NCBI GenBank assembly: GCA_951406725.2
Contig: OX597826.1
Location: 32,240,001-32,304,000 of the forward strand
From: Octopus vulgaris
Taxonomy: Eukaryota
Length of the DNA: 64,000 nucleotides
Direction: 5' to 3'
Of this stretch, positions 39,108 to 52,210 are shown piece by piece. The first letter of the stretch is position 1; the number at the start of each line of letters is the position of its first letter. The position numbers and the translations under genes are program-made. The notes under the pieces were generated by a model. That model ran no database searches and was not told where the DNA came from. It saw only the letters and a list, made by a program, of their open reading frames with translations.

Positions 39108-39312
39108 CGATTGCAGCTTGGAAGATGTTTGTAAGCTATTCAAGAACACACAAAAACCCTTAGTTTCACTTCAACATTTAAATTTTATTTGTGTCAAAAT
39201 ATTTGTGTCGCTTTGAAATATTTTGACAGAAATAAAATTTAAGAGTTGAAGTGAAATTAACGGTTTTTGTGTGTTCTTGAATGGCTTGCAAACATCTTCC
39301 ACATGGCAATTG
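39108..39312. repeat. Long palindrome: ~97-bp arms, ~11-nt loop (MITE-like)
   Basis: ggaagatgtttgtaagctattcaagaacacacaaaaacc...tcaaaatattt is mirrored by aaatattttga...ggtttttgtgtgttcttgaatggcttgcaaacatcttcc. Confidence 0.85.
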
Positions 39313-39376
39313 TTTCTGCTTTGGCACACGATCTCAGATTAAATCACTTGCTATGCAGATACATCTCTATAATGCA

Positions 39377-39604
39377 CATGGTGGCCCAAAAGTAGGTTTA
39401 CAGTTATTCAACTATCTCTTTTGCATTCATATATTAACAGTTTAGATCTTAATTATAAAAAAAAATCTGAACCCATTATTCTATGCTAATTTAGTTAATT
39501 TTGTCAAGGTCCCTTTTCAGTTTGGAAGATAGAAATTTAAAGGTAATAAAATGTTTTAAAAGAAATTTAAAGTGCCTGCATGATAACTGTAAACCTACTT
39601 TTGG

Positions 39605-39608
<4 letters not shown>
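39377..39608. mobile_element. Tc1/mariner-type MITE
   Basis: Perfect 26-bp inverted match tggcccaaaagtaggtttacagttat / ataactgtaaacctacttttgggcca; the right end abuts (TA)n. Confidence 0.75.
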
Positions 39609-39651
<43 letters not shown>

Positions 39652-39726
39652 GAATAAGAGAAAATAGACTGAGAGGGCTTCATCAGCATTCAAGTTGTAT
39701 TCTAGTAAGGTATCTTCATATTTCTT

Positions 39727-40122
39727 ATCTTTTACTTGTTTTAGACAGAATGTGGCCATGCTGGGGCACTACCTTAAAGAATTTTAGTTGAATGTATCGA
39801 CCCCTGGTACATATGTTTTAACTCTGCTACTTTTTCCATCAGTTTCTTTTGCTGAACTGCTAAGTTACTGGAATATAAACACACCAACACCAGTTGTCAA
39901 GTGGTGGTAGAGGGGACCCTCACAGATACAAAGACACAAAGCCACACACACACACACATATATACGACAGGATCCATTCAGTTTCCATCTACCAAGTCCT
40001 CATACAAGACTTTGGTTTGCCTGGGGCTTTAGTAGATGACACTTGCCCAAGGTGCCATGCAGTGGGACTGAACCCAGAACCATGTGTCAGGGAAGCAAAC
40101 TTCTTACTGCACAGCCACATAT
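39727..40122 (-). mobile_element. SINE group A, full copy
   Basis: gtggccatgctggggcactacc...gacacttgcccaaggtgccatgcagtgggactgaacccagaaccatgtg. Confidence 0.8.
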
Positions 40123-41061
40123 GGGTATGTCTTTAGAGTGCTCTACAACAGTATGTCCACTTTGATTCTATCCTATGTCAATCTTGCTCACATTTAGTAA
40201 ATTATAAAAATATTATAGCATTATATAAACATAAAAGGTTTCTTTAATGTTGCTATTTACTGCATTATAATCGTCCACACACTATATTTAATAACCATGT
40301 TACTTCCTTGTTTTATAGACAGATTGATTCTGATTTAATAATAACATACAATCTATATAGATTTCTTTGAAAATTGGGTTAGATAAGATCTGTACTGGAC
40401 TGATGTTAAAAGCTGTTAAGCAGAATGAAAGCTTGGAACATATTCGAAACTGAATGTTATATCAGGAATTAGAAAGAGGAATTTCATAAAATCTTTACAT
40501 TATTAAAATCACAAGATATTTCGATATATGGTCCTTGTTTGATTTCGTGCTGATAAAATAACAAAACTTTATGGATTGTGTTTTATTTACTCTTCCCAAA
40601 GATATTGTTTGATAAAAGGATTTCATATCCACCCTCTTAAAACATGTGTAAATAGTTGATATCTGCATTAATTTCTCTTTACGCTTATGTTCTAGCGAGC
40701 ATTGTGGGCGCTCAGGTATGTGAGATATACATGCTTGTATATATATATGTGTGTGCGTGTGTGCGTGTTTGTGTATGTAAGTATGTGTGTAAGTGTGCAT
40801 ATGTGTATGAGTGTATGTAAGTGTGTGTATGTGTGTATATGAATGTATGTGTGTGTGTATATATGTATGTATGTAAGAGTCTGTATGTGTATGTATATAT
40901 GTGTATGTGTGTATATACATGTATGTATGCATGTGTAAGTGTGCATATGTGTGTATGTGTGTGTGTTTGTGTGTGTATGTGTGTATGTAAGTGTGTGTGG
41001 GTATGTTTGCGCATGTGTGTGTATGTGTATGTGTATGTGTGTATGTGTGTGTGTGTATGTG

Positions 41062-41362
41062 TGAAGGCTCATGGCTTAGTGGTTAGGAGCATTCAGCTCA
41101 GAGTTGTAAGGTTGTGGTTTCGATTCCCAGTGGCACATTGTGTCCTTGAGCAAGACACTTTATTTCACATTGCTCCAGTCCACTCAGCTGGCAAAAATGA
41201 GTTGTACCTGTAATTCAAAGGAGTCAGCCTTGTCACATTCTGTGTCATGCTGAATATCCCTGAGAACAATATCAAGTGTATGAGGGTCTGTGGAGTACTC
41301 AGCCACTTGCACATTAATTTAACAAGGAAGCTGCTCCATTGATCAGATCAACTTGAGAGCCA
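41062..41362 (+). mobile_element. SINE group B, body type 1
   Basis: gaaggctcatggcttagtggttagg...tgtgtccttgagcaagacactttatttcacattgctccagtccactcagctggcaaaaatgag. Confidence 0.8.
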
Positions 41363-41370
41363 GTTATATA

Positions 41371-41417
<47 letters not shown>

Positions 41418-41507
41418 GTATTCATGTACACATATATATATACTCATATATATTTATATATATATTTATCTTCAACATATACACATATATACTCAAATAT
41501 ATATACA

Positions 41508-41546
<39 letters not shown>

Positions 41547-41856
41547 CGTTGCTATTATGCAAAAGTGTCATAAGTCCAAAACAGTGCTTTTCCAGAAAAA
41601 CAAAAAAATAGTTTCACCATTCCATAGCAAAACTGTTGAACTAAACTTTTACAATTTTTGATATCTTGGCATCTGAAGCAGCTGGAGAGAGAGAAGAGTT
41701 TGACCAAAAGAACTGGCTATTGCGAGCGAAAATAAATATTGGAAAAGAAACACACTCGGCCAAATTTTGGACATACGACAGTTTAACATAATAGCAACGA
41801 CATATTTATACATACAGACACACACATATATATGATTATATATATGAATGTATATG

Positions 41857-41948
<92 letters not shown>

Positions 41949-42147
41949 CATACACAGGGGGTAAGAGAGAAAGAAAGAGAGGGTACAAAATATATATAGT
42001 TGAAAAAATAGGATTACATTTACAATCAAAATTATTAGGATTAATGCTTAAAGAAGTACAAAGAGTTAATTGGGCTAATTGTTAATTATAATATTTATAT
42101 ATTTATAACGTTTTCATGGATAATAATGATATCTTACATTTTAGCTT

Positions 42148-42525
42148 TCATTTGTTCCAGTCATTAGACTGTGGCCATGCTGGAGTACCACCTTGAAGAA
42201 TTTTAGAAGAATGGATCAACCCCCAGTGTATATTGGGAAGCGAGGTACTTATTCTATCGATCTCTTTTGCCAAACTACTTAGGTATGGGGATGTAAACAC
42301 ACCAACAGCAGTAGTCAACTGGTGATGGGAATAAACACAGACACAAACAAACACTCACACACAGATATATACGACAGGTTTCTTTCAGTTTCCATCTACC
42401 AAATCCATTTACAAGGCTTTGGTTGGTCTGAGCCTACAGTAGAAGACCCTTACTAAGATGCCATATAGTAGGGCTGAACCTGGAAACATAAGGTTGGGAA
42501 GCAGACATCTTACCATAGTGATGTC
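42148..42525 (-). mobile_element. SINE group A, full copy
   Basis: Reversed T1 tail and head, short (CA)n core. Confidence 0.75.
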
Positions 42526-42879
42526 TGTGTATAAATTTATATATGTATATATATTTATAATATACTATTTATATATTTATAAATTATTGCATTTTTGTAG
42601 CAATCAAAGGTGTAATATTGAATGTATTGAATATAGTTGAATACATTCTTCTTAAACATATTTGTGTACATTTGGACCTGGAAAGACAAAACACTGGTCA
42701 AGTCTCAAGAGAAGCAATTCTCATTATAGGTGTAAACACACCATTAGGCAATGAATGACACCACTGGACTGTAGGAACTGTGTGTTTCTGTATTGTTATG
42801 CTTCATCAGTTATGCATAGCAAGCTATTATTCATGGGCTCAGAGAGCTGGTCGCTCTTATGTCAGGAATAGCAAATGGT

Positions 42880-43172
42880 ACATTTGCCTTGATGAAATAT
42901 GTCTGAGCCATGCAAACAAGGAAAAGTGGACATTAATACAATGACAGTGACGATGATGACCACGGCAGTGATGATGATGATGATGGTGGTGGTGGTGTTG
43001 GTGGTGGTGGTGGTTGTGGGAGTGATGACGATGGCAACGATGATGGTGGCGCTGGCAGTGATGACGATGATTGTAATATTGATGAGGATGACAATAATGA
43101 TGATAATGATGACAATGATGATGTTGACAACGATGATGATGATGATGTCGATGATGATGATGATGATGATTG
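42880..43172 (+). repeat. RTE-like 3' end followed by an expanded (GAT/GGT)n tail
   Basis: ccatgcaaacaaggaaaagtggacattaa immediately precedes the tract. Confidence 0.65.
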
Positions 43173-44601
43173 AGGAGACCTCAGTCAAATAAGCTTATCC
43201 ATTGTTAAGAATTGCACTAAATTGGTCACTATGAAATTTTCGTGAAAGCTATCAACTAGATTGTCTATCAAAATGTTGCTTGCATTCATGTAGATAATAG
43301 AAAATTGATTTTTATATTATTGATATATCTTTGAATAATATGTGTTTATATTATTATCGCATAATCATAACTGAATTTATAACACAAATCTATGCGATTA
43401 TAAAACCGAACACTTACATCCTTGATTGAAGATTTAATTTTATTCAATATTATGAATGTGATCAATAAGGTTGATCAGATATTAGAAAAATAAATCTAAT
43501 GGACCAAATTATGGTTCCAAACATCTCAAAGTTCTTTGAAAGCAGATAGAGAAAGACTCTTAAATCAAAGAAGAATCATGCTTGAGAACTGTACCTCTGG
43601 TGTGTACCTGGTGATGCGTGAAAACACAACGCTCTAAGCACAGAACCAATCTAAATGGAAACCCCATATCTTTATTGGATTGTGTTTTCAGTGACATTGA
43701 AGTAGATCAGAATATATATGTGCAGGATATGTGTGTGTACGATTGTGTGTGTGTGTGTGTGTGTGTGTGTATACATACATGCGTACACACACATGCACAC
43801 ACATATTTCTATATGCATATATGTTATATGCTATGCACGTGTAGATACATATGTGCACACACACACATTTATTTACATATATATATATGTGCATTACGTA
43901 TGTATGCACCTGTGTGTATGTATATATATATATATATATATAGGTATGTATATATATATATATATGCATATATATATATATAAATATATATATATGTGCA
44001 TATATATATGTGTATAGAAATATATATATATATGCATATATATATACATTATACATACAGATATATATATATATAAATATATATATATATGAATATATAT
44101 ACATATATATATATATATACATACATACATACATATATATATATGAAGATACACACACACACACACACACTGCACATGTTACAGAATGCAACAAATAGTA
44201 TTGTCAAGTTGTTTGATGAATAAGAGTGTTGGTACAATAAACTAATTCTGAAATAATTATATTTATTTAATGATAGCGCCCTCCACTTCATTAGTGGACT
44301 TAGTCTTTTGTGAACTCTTGGGTTAGTCATCGAAAGTCTTGTTAAGTATGTGCGGTAGATATGCTCAGTTTATTCCGATAGTTCTTCAATCTGATCTGCT
44401 AAGCATGCAACATTAAGCAACACTATTTCTAGCTCTAAGGAATTTGGTATCAGGTGTGAATTCTTCAAATTATCAATGTAGTCTGCAGACTGTTTTTAAT
44501 TGTTCGGAATAGTGAAGTATGAAATTGGTAGTAGAAGAGAGTTAGAGGGAGTGAGAAAGTGAAAGGGAGAGAGAGAGAGAAAGAGAAAATAAGAATAGAA
44601 G

Positions 44602-44641
<40 letters not shown>

Positions 44642-44783
44642 GCATACTCATACACATACACTCACACACACACTTACACATAAATTTATGTCTATGAACT
44701 TAGTTAAAATGTGTGTGTGAGAGGAAAATAGAGAGAGGGGGAATAAGAATGGAAACATGATATATATCTATATATAGATATAT

Positions 44784-44839
<56 letters not shown>

Positions 44840-45114
44840 AATGTATATATAAAGAGAATGAAAGACAGGAGACAAGGGTGGGGTGGAAACAGTGCTAAAA
44901 GACTTGGAGGATAAATAAGGAGGATTATGATATTAAGTAAAACTAGTGACAGATTGGCAGATATCTATTGGTAAATGGACAAAAAGAAAAGGAAAAACAA
45001 GAAACAACAGAGAAACAATAACAACAATAATAATAATATTAAGTGAACAAAAAATGTGAAGCAAAATACAGCATACATACCTCCATACACACACATACAC
45101 TTATCAATATCTAT

Positions 45115-45193
<79 letters not shown>

Positions 45194-45208
45194 ATATATC
45201 TATATATC

Positions 45209-45239
<31 letters not shown>

Positions 45240-45333
45240 CTATTTATATATCTATATATCTATCTATCTATTTGTCTATCTATCTTTCTATCTATTTATC
45301 AATATTCGTCTATGCCTCCATATATATTTATAA

Positions 45334-45373
<40 letters not shown>

Positions 45374-46996
45374 TTGTGTGTGTGTCTGTGTAAACTCACA
45401 TACCCAGAGACACATATGTGCATACATGCTTATATATAAATATATATTTACACACACACACACACATACATATGTCTCTGTTTGTCTCAGTCTCTATATA
45501 TGTATACGTGTGTATGTGTACATGTATATTTACATAAATGTACACATACATGCATACATACAGACATACATACATACAAACATACATACATACATACATA
45601 CATACATACATACATACATACATACATACATACATGCATACATGCATACATACATATGCATATATAATGAAAGAGAGGAAATTGGAGTAGGATGTAGGCA
45701 GTCGTAAAGATAATGCGTGATAGATCGTATGAATTAAATAAAATTTCTGAATAACAATTCTCTCCTCAAAGCCTTCGGTACATTAACACTGACATCACCC
45801 ACCAAAGCCCACCCCCAGCCAACAGCTCTGGTCTGTGTGACTTTCATAACTAAACGCACAATGTCCAGGGATGTTGTCTTTCGTCTGCAATCTAGAAACT
45901 TCCATTTGCTTCCCTTTGGTAATTAGATATAATGCATATTTGACTGGGATTATTGATTTTATCATGTATTGTCATAGTGGCTTTTATACAGATTATTTTC
46001 CAACAAGCGAAAACCACGAATTCATTCAATGTACTCAGTGATGCCAAAATGTGCACCAATCATTGTAGCAGTGATCAGATCGCTTCCGAACCATGTGAGT
46101 GAAAAGGGCAAAGGTCACATGTCAGAAGACAGTTCAAAGCTATCACACTGATTACTTACATCTTTTGTTCGTTTCAAAAGACATATTTTTATGTTTCTTA
46201 TTGGATTCAAGTTTAAGCCGAAGAATTTTGCTATGTTTTCTTTTTCTCCTTTATTTATTTATTTTTCTTTTTTTTTTGTTTTCTTATCCATCATCTTTAG
46301 TGATCGGTTATTTTCATTCATGCTACATTTTTGTCGCACAATCGATTATATTGTTCTTTCTAAGACAGCACTATTTTATTTTGGACAAAAACAACTGTTC
46401 TGCCCATTCCACTATTCTCATTCACATTTGCATCTCCTCTAAAATGTATTCTTTTTATTCCTATATTCTCTTTATTGTAACTTCTATTCTTTACTTATTC
46501 CTTGGTTCTGTTAATTTCTTTATTCTATTACATAACAAGCAATTTTATTTCCAAGTATTCCGATTTCTTTATCTGATGAATAGCTACATATCAATCAACT
46601 GATCTTGTTGCATTTCTCTCCCCCTTTTTTCTTTATTAGATTTTAGGTACCACTAGAAAACAATTTTGTTTACTAATTGCTTGAATAATCTAATTTATTT
46701 GAAGTTTTTTAACTCATTATATTACAAATATAAGGCCCTATCGTATTTATATTTTAATTATCGTACTAACTGGAATGTTTGTTTAACTATTATTGTTAAT
46801 TTGATTATTATTATCATGATCATCATCGTGATCATCATCATCATCATTATCATCATCATTATTATCATTATTAATAGACATGGCTGTGTAGTTATGACAT
46901 TTGCTATTTTTATGGGTAAACATGGCTGTAGGGTTAGGAATTTGCTTTCAGACCATGTGTTTTCAGATTCAGCCCAACTGCAAGTGTCTTCTACTG

Positions 46997-47255
46997 GAGG
47001 CATGTAGCTTAGTGGTTAGGGGTACTGGACTCATGATTGTAAGATTGTGGTCTCAATTCCTGGACCAGGCAACATATGTTGTGTCCTTGAGTAAGACACT
47101 TCATTTCAAGTTGCTCCAGTCCACTCAGCTGGCAAAAGTGAGTTAATCCTGCAAAGGACTGGCGTCCTATCCAGGTGGGGAATTTATATATGCCGTGGAA
47201 ACCAGGAAACTGGCCCTTAGGAGTCTACATGACTCAAGAAGATAACTTTACCTTT
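46997..47255 (+). mobile_element. SINE group B, body type 3 (also 12637-12830 and 52847-53090)
   Basis: B head followed by aatcctgcaaaggactggcgtcctatccaggtgggg...gaaaccaggaaactggccc. Confidence 0.7.
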
Positions 47256-47947
47256 TCTTTACAAAACATCTCTACTAAAGCTTGGATATGAATTAAGTTG
47301 ACAAAAGCTGAAAAAAGCCTGTCATGTGCATACTTGTGTGTGTGTGTGTGGAAACATGTGTGAATCTGTATCTGGTTGTTTGATGACATTTGTTTTTGTC
47401 TGTAAAATTTGAGCCATGAGCAAGTGATCCTACTATCATTTCCCCTGATAACAAAATCATCCCTTGGCTTTATGCCTTTGCAGGCATGTGAAAGGGTAAA
47501 TTCCTTATCTGAAAAATCAGGCAAGGTTGAGCAACAGGAACGGCATCCAGCTGTAAAATAATATTTCAATAATATATTCACCGAACCCATGCTAGTATGG
47601 ATAAATGTATGTTAAAACGAATTTATGAACAAAATGTTGTTGTTATTAAATAGTTTCAGTTATTTAGATACAAGAAATTTCTTCTCATATATTTATATAT
47701 ATGAAAAAAATGTCATAGATTGCAATAAACGCACTGATATTGAACTAGGAAATATTTCTTAAAGAATATAAAAGTAACATGCTTGAAAAGGTTAACCAAA
47801 TTTAGTTGTTTACTGTTTGTTTAGATGTTTGGAATTGTCGAGGATTAATCAAATCAGTTTAGCATTCAAGATCAAATATTAACCGAGGATTTCACTGTCT
47901 GTTATTTAGACATTGGGTACATGTACAAAGAAAGACATGAAGTAGTG

Positions 47948-47989
<42 letters not shown>

Positions 47990-48037
47990 ATACATGTATA
48001 TGTATATATGTATCTGTAAACGTATACATACATACAT

Positions 48038-48079
<42 letters not shown>

Positions 48080-48669
48080 AAAGTCAGAATGCGATAAAAT
48101 AAAATAAAATTATATATATATATATATATATGCATACATTTACATGTACATATATACATATATATATATGTATGTATAGATTTACACACACAAATATATA
48201 TATATATATATATATACATACATATATGTATGTATGTATGCATACATATACATATATATATACATACATACACACACATACATATATGTATATATATATG
48301 TGTGTGTATGTGTGTATATATGTTTGTGTGTGTGTGTATATATGTGTATGTATAAAGATAAATGTTTAATCAGTGCTATATTTTTAAAGTAAGAATCACA
48401 GAACATTTACTGATGGAAAGACTCAATGCTGAGAGTTGAGTCAAATTTATTATAAATTTTGTTTTGACTTGAACTTCACACTTTCCTCTTATGGTTTATT
48501 CACCCATCTTGAATAAGCCACCAGTCAAGGTGTGAAATCGAAGTCAGCAAGAAACGATGTGTTAGTTAATCAAAATATATTAGGTGATGGTAATAAATCA
48601 AGACAAGAAGATATTGTATTATCTGACATAGGTTGTTTAATGTGCATATAAATTTTGGAGATTAAGCTG

Positions 48670-48805
48670 TTGAAGTGATCACTAAGCAATGTGAGATGAA
48701 GTGTTTTGCTCAAGAGCACAATGTACCGCCCAATCCAGGAATTGAAATCACAGTCTCCTGATCATGAGTGCAATGCCTTAACAACAAGGCCATGTACTCT
48801 CACAA
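48670..48805 (-). mobile_element. SINE group B head fragment (similar at 22950-23060 and 61300-61430)
   Basis: gaagtgttttgctcaagagcacaatg...ggaattgaaatcac...aacaacaaggccatg. Confidence 0.6.
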
Positions 48806-49404
48806 ATAACTTAAATAACATATCTGATATATGTGAAATTCAAGAAAACATTTGGTGAAATTTGAAGTCCCAGTCAACAAGAAATTCATAATTAAAAGAT
48901 TTCTTTAGCAGATGAATTCCTGGATGTTTCAAAATAGTCTCAAAGCATTTTCTGATAATAGTTTCTGCAATTCTTATTATGGTGTAGTTCTGAATTTATG
49001 AGTCAGACCTAATTTCAAAATTACCATATTCTAGATATGGACATTCATTATAACAATGATGAAAGGGATTTAGATGGAACTGAAATTCCAAAGCAAATCC
49101 TGGATAACTTAAATAATATATCAGAAATATGCGAAATTATAAATAATCGACCTTCCAAAGCCTAATCTCCAATTAAAGCAGCAACTTGTAAGATATTACC
49201 CATTTGAAGCATTTTAATTCTTCTTAATCCAAGATTTGATGTATTACTTTCTAATAGCAGAGATTTAGATAGTAAGTTAATAAATTTTAAGTCTATCTAA
49301 TTAGTTTTACCAGTAATTACATCTAAACCCTTTAAAGCTGTCATTCAGTCATTTTGTCTTTCTCTCTCAGCACACACACATACATATATGTATATATATG
49401 TGTC

Positions 49405-49456
<52 letters not shown>

Positions 49457-49499
49457 TATATATATGTTTACACACACACACACACATATATATGTTTAT

Positions 49500-49533
<34 letters not shown>

Positions 49534-49538
49534 GTATA

Positions 49539-49577
<39 letters not shown>

Positions 49578-50038
49578 GCGTACACTCATTTAATATAGAT
49601 GTATGTAAATATATGTTCATAAATATTAAACTATATGCTAATTGCCTTGAACTCAAATGCTATCCAAAGCTTTTCTCCAATATCTGTCTATCAAATCTCA
49701 TAATCAAAATACGCGTGCACACAAACACACACACACACTCACACACATGTTCATGTAGAGAAAAGCATACACACACACACATATTCATATACATATGTGT
49801 GTCGAGGATGCAAACATATATACATACAGGCTCCCAATCATATTTTTAAATGCAATCGTATTCTGTTACATTTCTAAAATTTAAGTAGTTTTGCACATTG
49901 GAACTGAGATGACATGCAATAAAGTGATATTAAGATGTGGTTATAATGCAGTGGGGAAATATCAATGCTGTAGATACGTATTGAGTATATATACACATAT
50001 ATGTACACATCTATCTATCTATCTGTCTGTCTGTCTGC

Positions 50039-50087
<49 letters not shown>

Positions 50088-50276
50088 AATCTGTCTGTCT
50101 GTCAGTCTGTCTGTCTGTCTATCTACCTTTCCATCCATTCATCCATCCATCCATGAATTCATCTATCTCTTTATCTGTCGTCTGTCTGCCTATCTCTCTC
50201 TGTCTATCTATCTGTTTATCTATCTCTCTATAACTATCTATCTATCCATCCATCCATCCATCCATCCATCATCTAG

Positions 50277-50372
<96 letters not shown>

Positions 50373-51129
50373 GTCTGTCTATCTGTCTCTCTCTCTCTCT
50401 GTTTCTCTCTCTCTCTCTCTCTATCTATAAATATATATGCATGTATATATATTACTACATGGCAAGCGCCATGGATATGTGTGTACGTGTTGTTTGCTTG
50501 TGTGTAAATTTTAATTTTAGGCTCATTAATTAAAAACATTAAGCACATCAACAGAACATTCACTGATGGAATGAGGTGGGAGTTGGGGTTCCATGAATGA
50601 AAGAATATCGTATACACACACACACATGCATATGCACACAAACACACACATATGCATATATTCAACCTATACATATACCCTGTGTTTACACGTGTGACAC
50701 GAACACATCATATACACGTATGACTCTCATCATAGACATTTTGAAAATCTCCGCTTATATCTAGGAATGTAGAGATGATTCCATCAGGGATATATGTATC
50801 AAAGTAACGTAGTATACACAGAATATAATTGCTCTGTCATTATCATTTTCTGCCCAGAGAGGTTGTCCTGCTAAAATCTGATTATCAAAAACCAGTGGAT
50901 TAAAGAAGGTTACTAGGTCATTACATTATTATTCTCCTTTTGAAGTGTTGCCTGTTAATATATTGAAAGATTTGTACGATGTCAGATTTAATCATAATAT
51001 TATCCACAGCAGCTGACACAAAACACAGCAAAACCGAAAATGACCAAAATTTCCCACCAAAATCTTTGCAAATATATGCACTATAAAGAACTGTATTTGC
51101 ATTTAGATGAGTGGCGCTGTTTGCATACG

Positions 51130-51211
<82 letters not shown>

Positions 51212-51284
51212 TGTGTGTGTGCTTGGATATATTAGTATATATATATATTTGTGTCTGTTACTATGTGTAGAATAAAACTCACTG

Positions 51285-51396
51285 ACAAATGGTTCTGAAT
51301 GTGATCCTGCTGTGTGGCACCTTGGGCGGGTATCTGCCACTATAACCTCAGATTGGAATTTGGTAAACAAACCCTTCAGAAGCCCATTATGTGTAT

Positions 51397-51435
<39 letters not shown>

Positions 51436-51815
51436 CACACACACTTGTGTATATATGTATATTTGTATATATAATCACACACATCATACATACATAACAT
51501 GGAAAATGGATGTTAAATGATGATGATGTACATAAGTGTGTGTAGATGTTTGTATGTGTGTATGTGTGTGCATGTGTGAGTGTTTGTGCCTCCTGCCTTG
51601 ACATCACATAACAGTTGTAAACAAGAGTCACCCTCATACAAGTGGTGTCCTTTATTTTGAATCTTCTGAGAAAACATATCTGTCCATAGGGAAATACTAA
51701 CTTGGAAGAAATTGAGGGTTGGCAACTAGAAGGGCATCCAGCAATAGAAAATTTGCCTCACTGAGTTCCATTTGACCCATGTAGACATGGAAAAGTGAAT
51801 GTTATAAATGAAATG
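51285..51815 (+). mobile_element. SINE group A head + T2 body + RTE-like tail
   Basis: ggcaccttgggc head; body ccttgacatcacataacagttgtaaac; end gaagggcatccagc...catggaaaagtgaatgtta. T2 body also at 9545-9720, 47380-47620 and 53090-53280. Confidence 0.6.
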
Positions 51816-52113
51816 AAAATGAAAGGATGTATATTTAGTTTGGTTACGTATGTGTGTATAAATGTTAGCTGATAATAACTAAGCATACATCTCATACATC
51901 GATATCCAAAATACCAAGAAATACGAATATGTGTGTAAATTATATATATACATATATACACACACATATTCACACACACATATGCACACACACATATGCA
52001 TTCACATATATGTGCCTATTGATATGTATATGAATACATGGATGCTGGCCAAGAGCCAATCACACACAAAACACACATCAGTATAATGGATGAGAATGGC
52101 AAGTTTCTATTCA

Positions 52114-52149
<36 letters not shown>

Positions 52150-52169
52150 AGAGAGAGAGAGAGAGAGAG

Positions 52170-52210
<41 letters not shown>

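Noticed and set aside
42770-42815. CTGATGA...GAAAC on the - strand resembling a hammerhead
   Set aside because: Stem II is imperfect and no stem I pairing can be formed.
46099-46602. 167-aa hydrophobic ORF
   Set aside because: Phe/Leu/Ile bias from T-rich low-complexity DNA and a non-ATG start.
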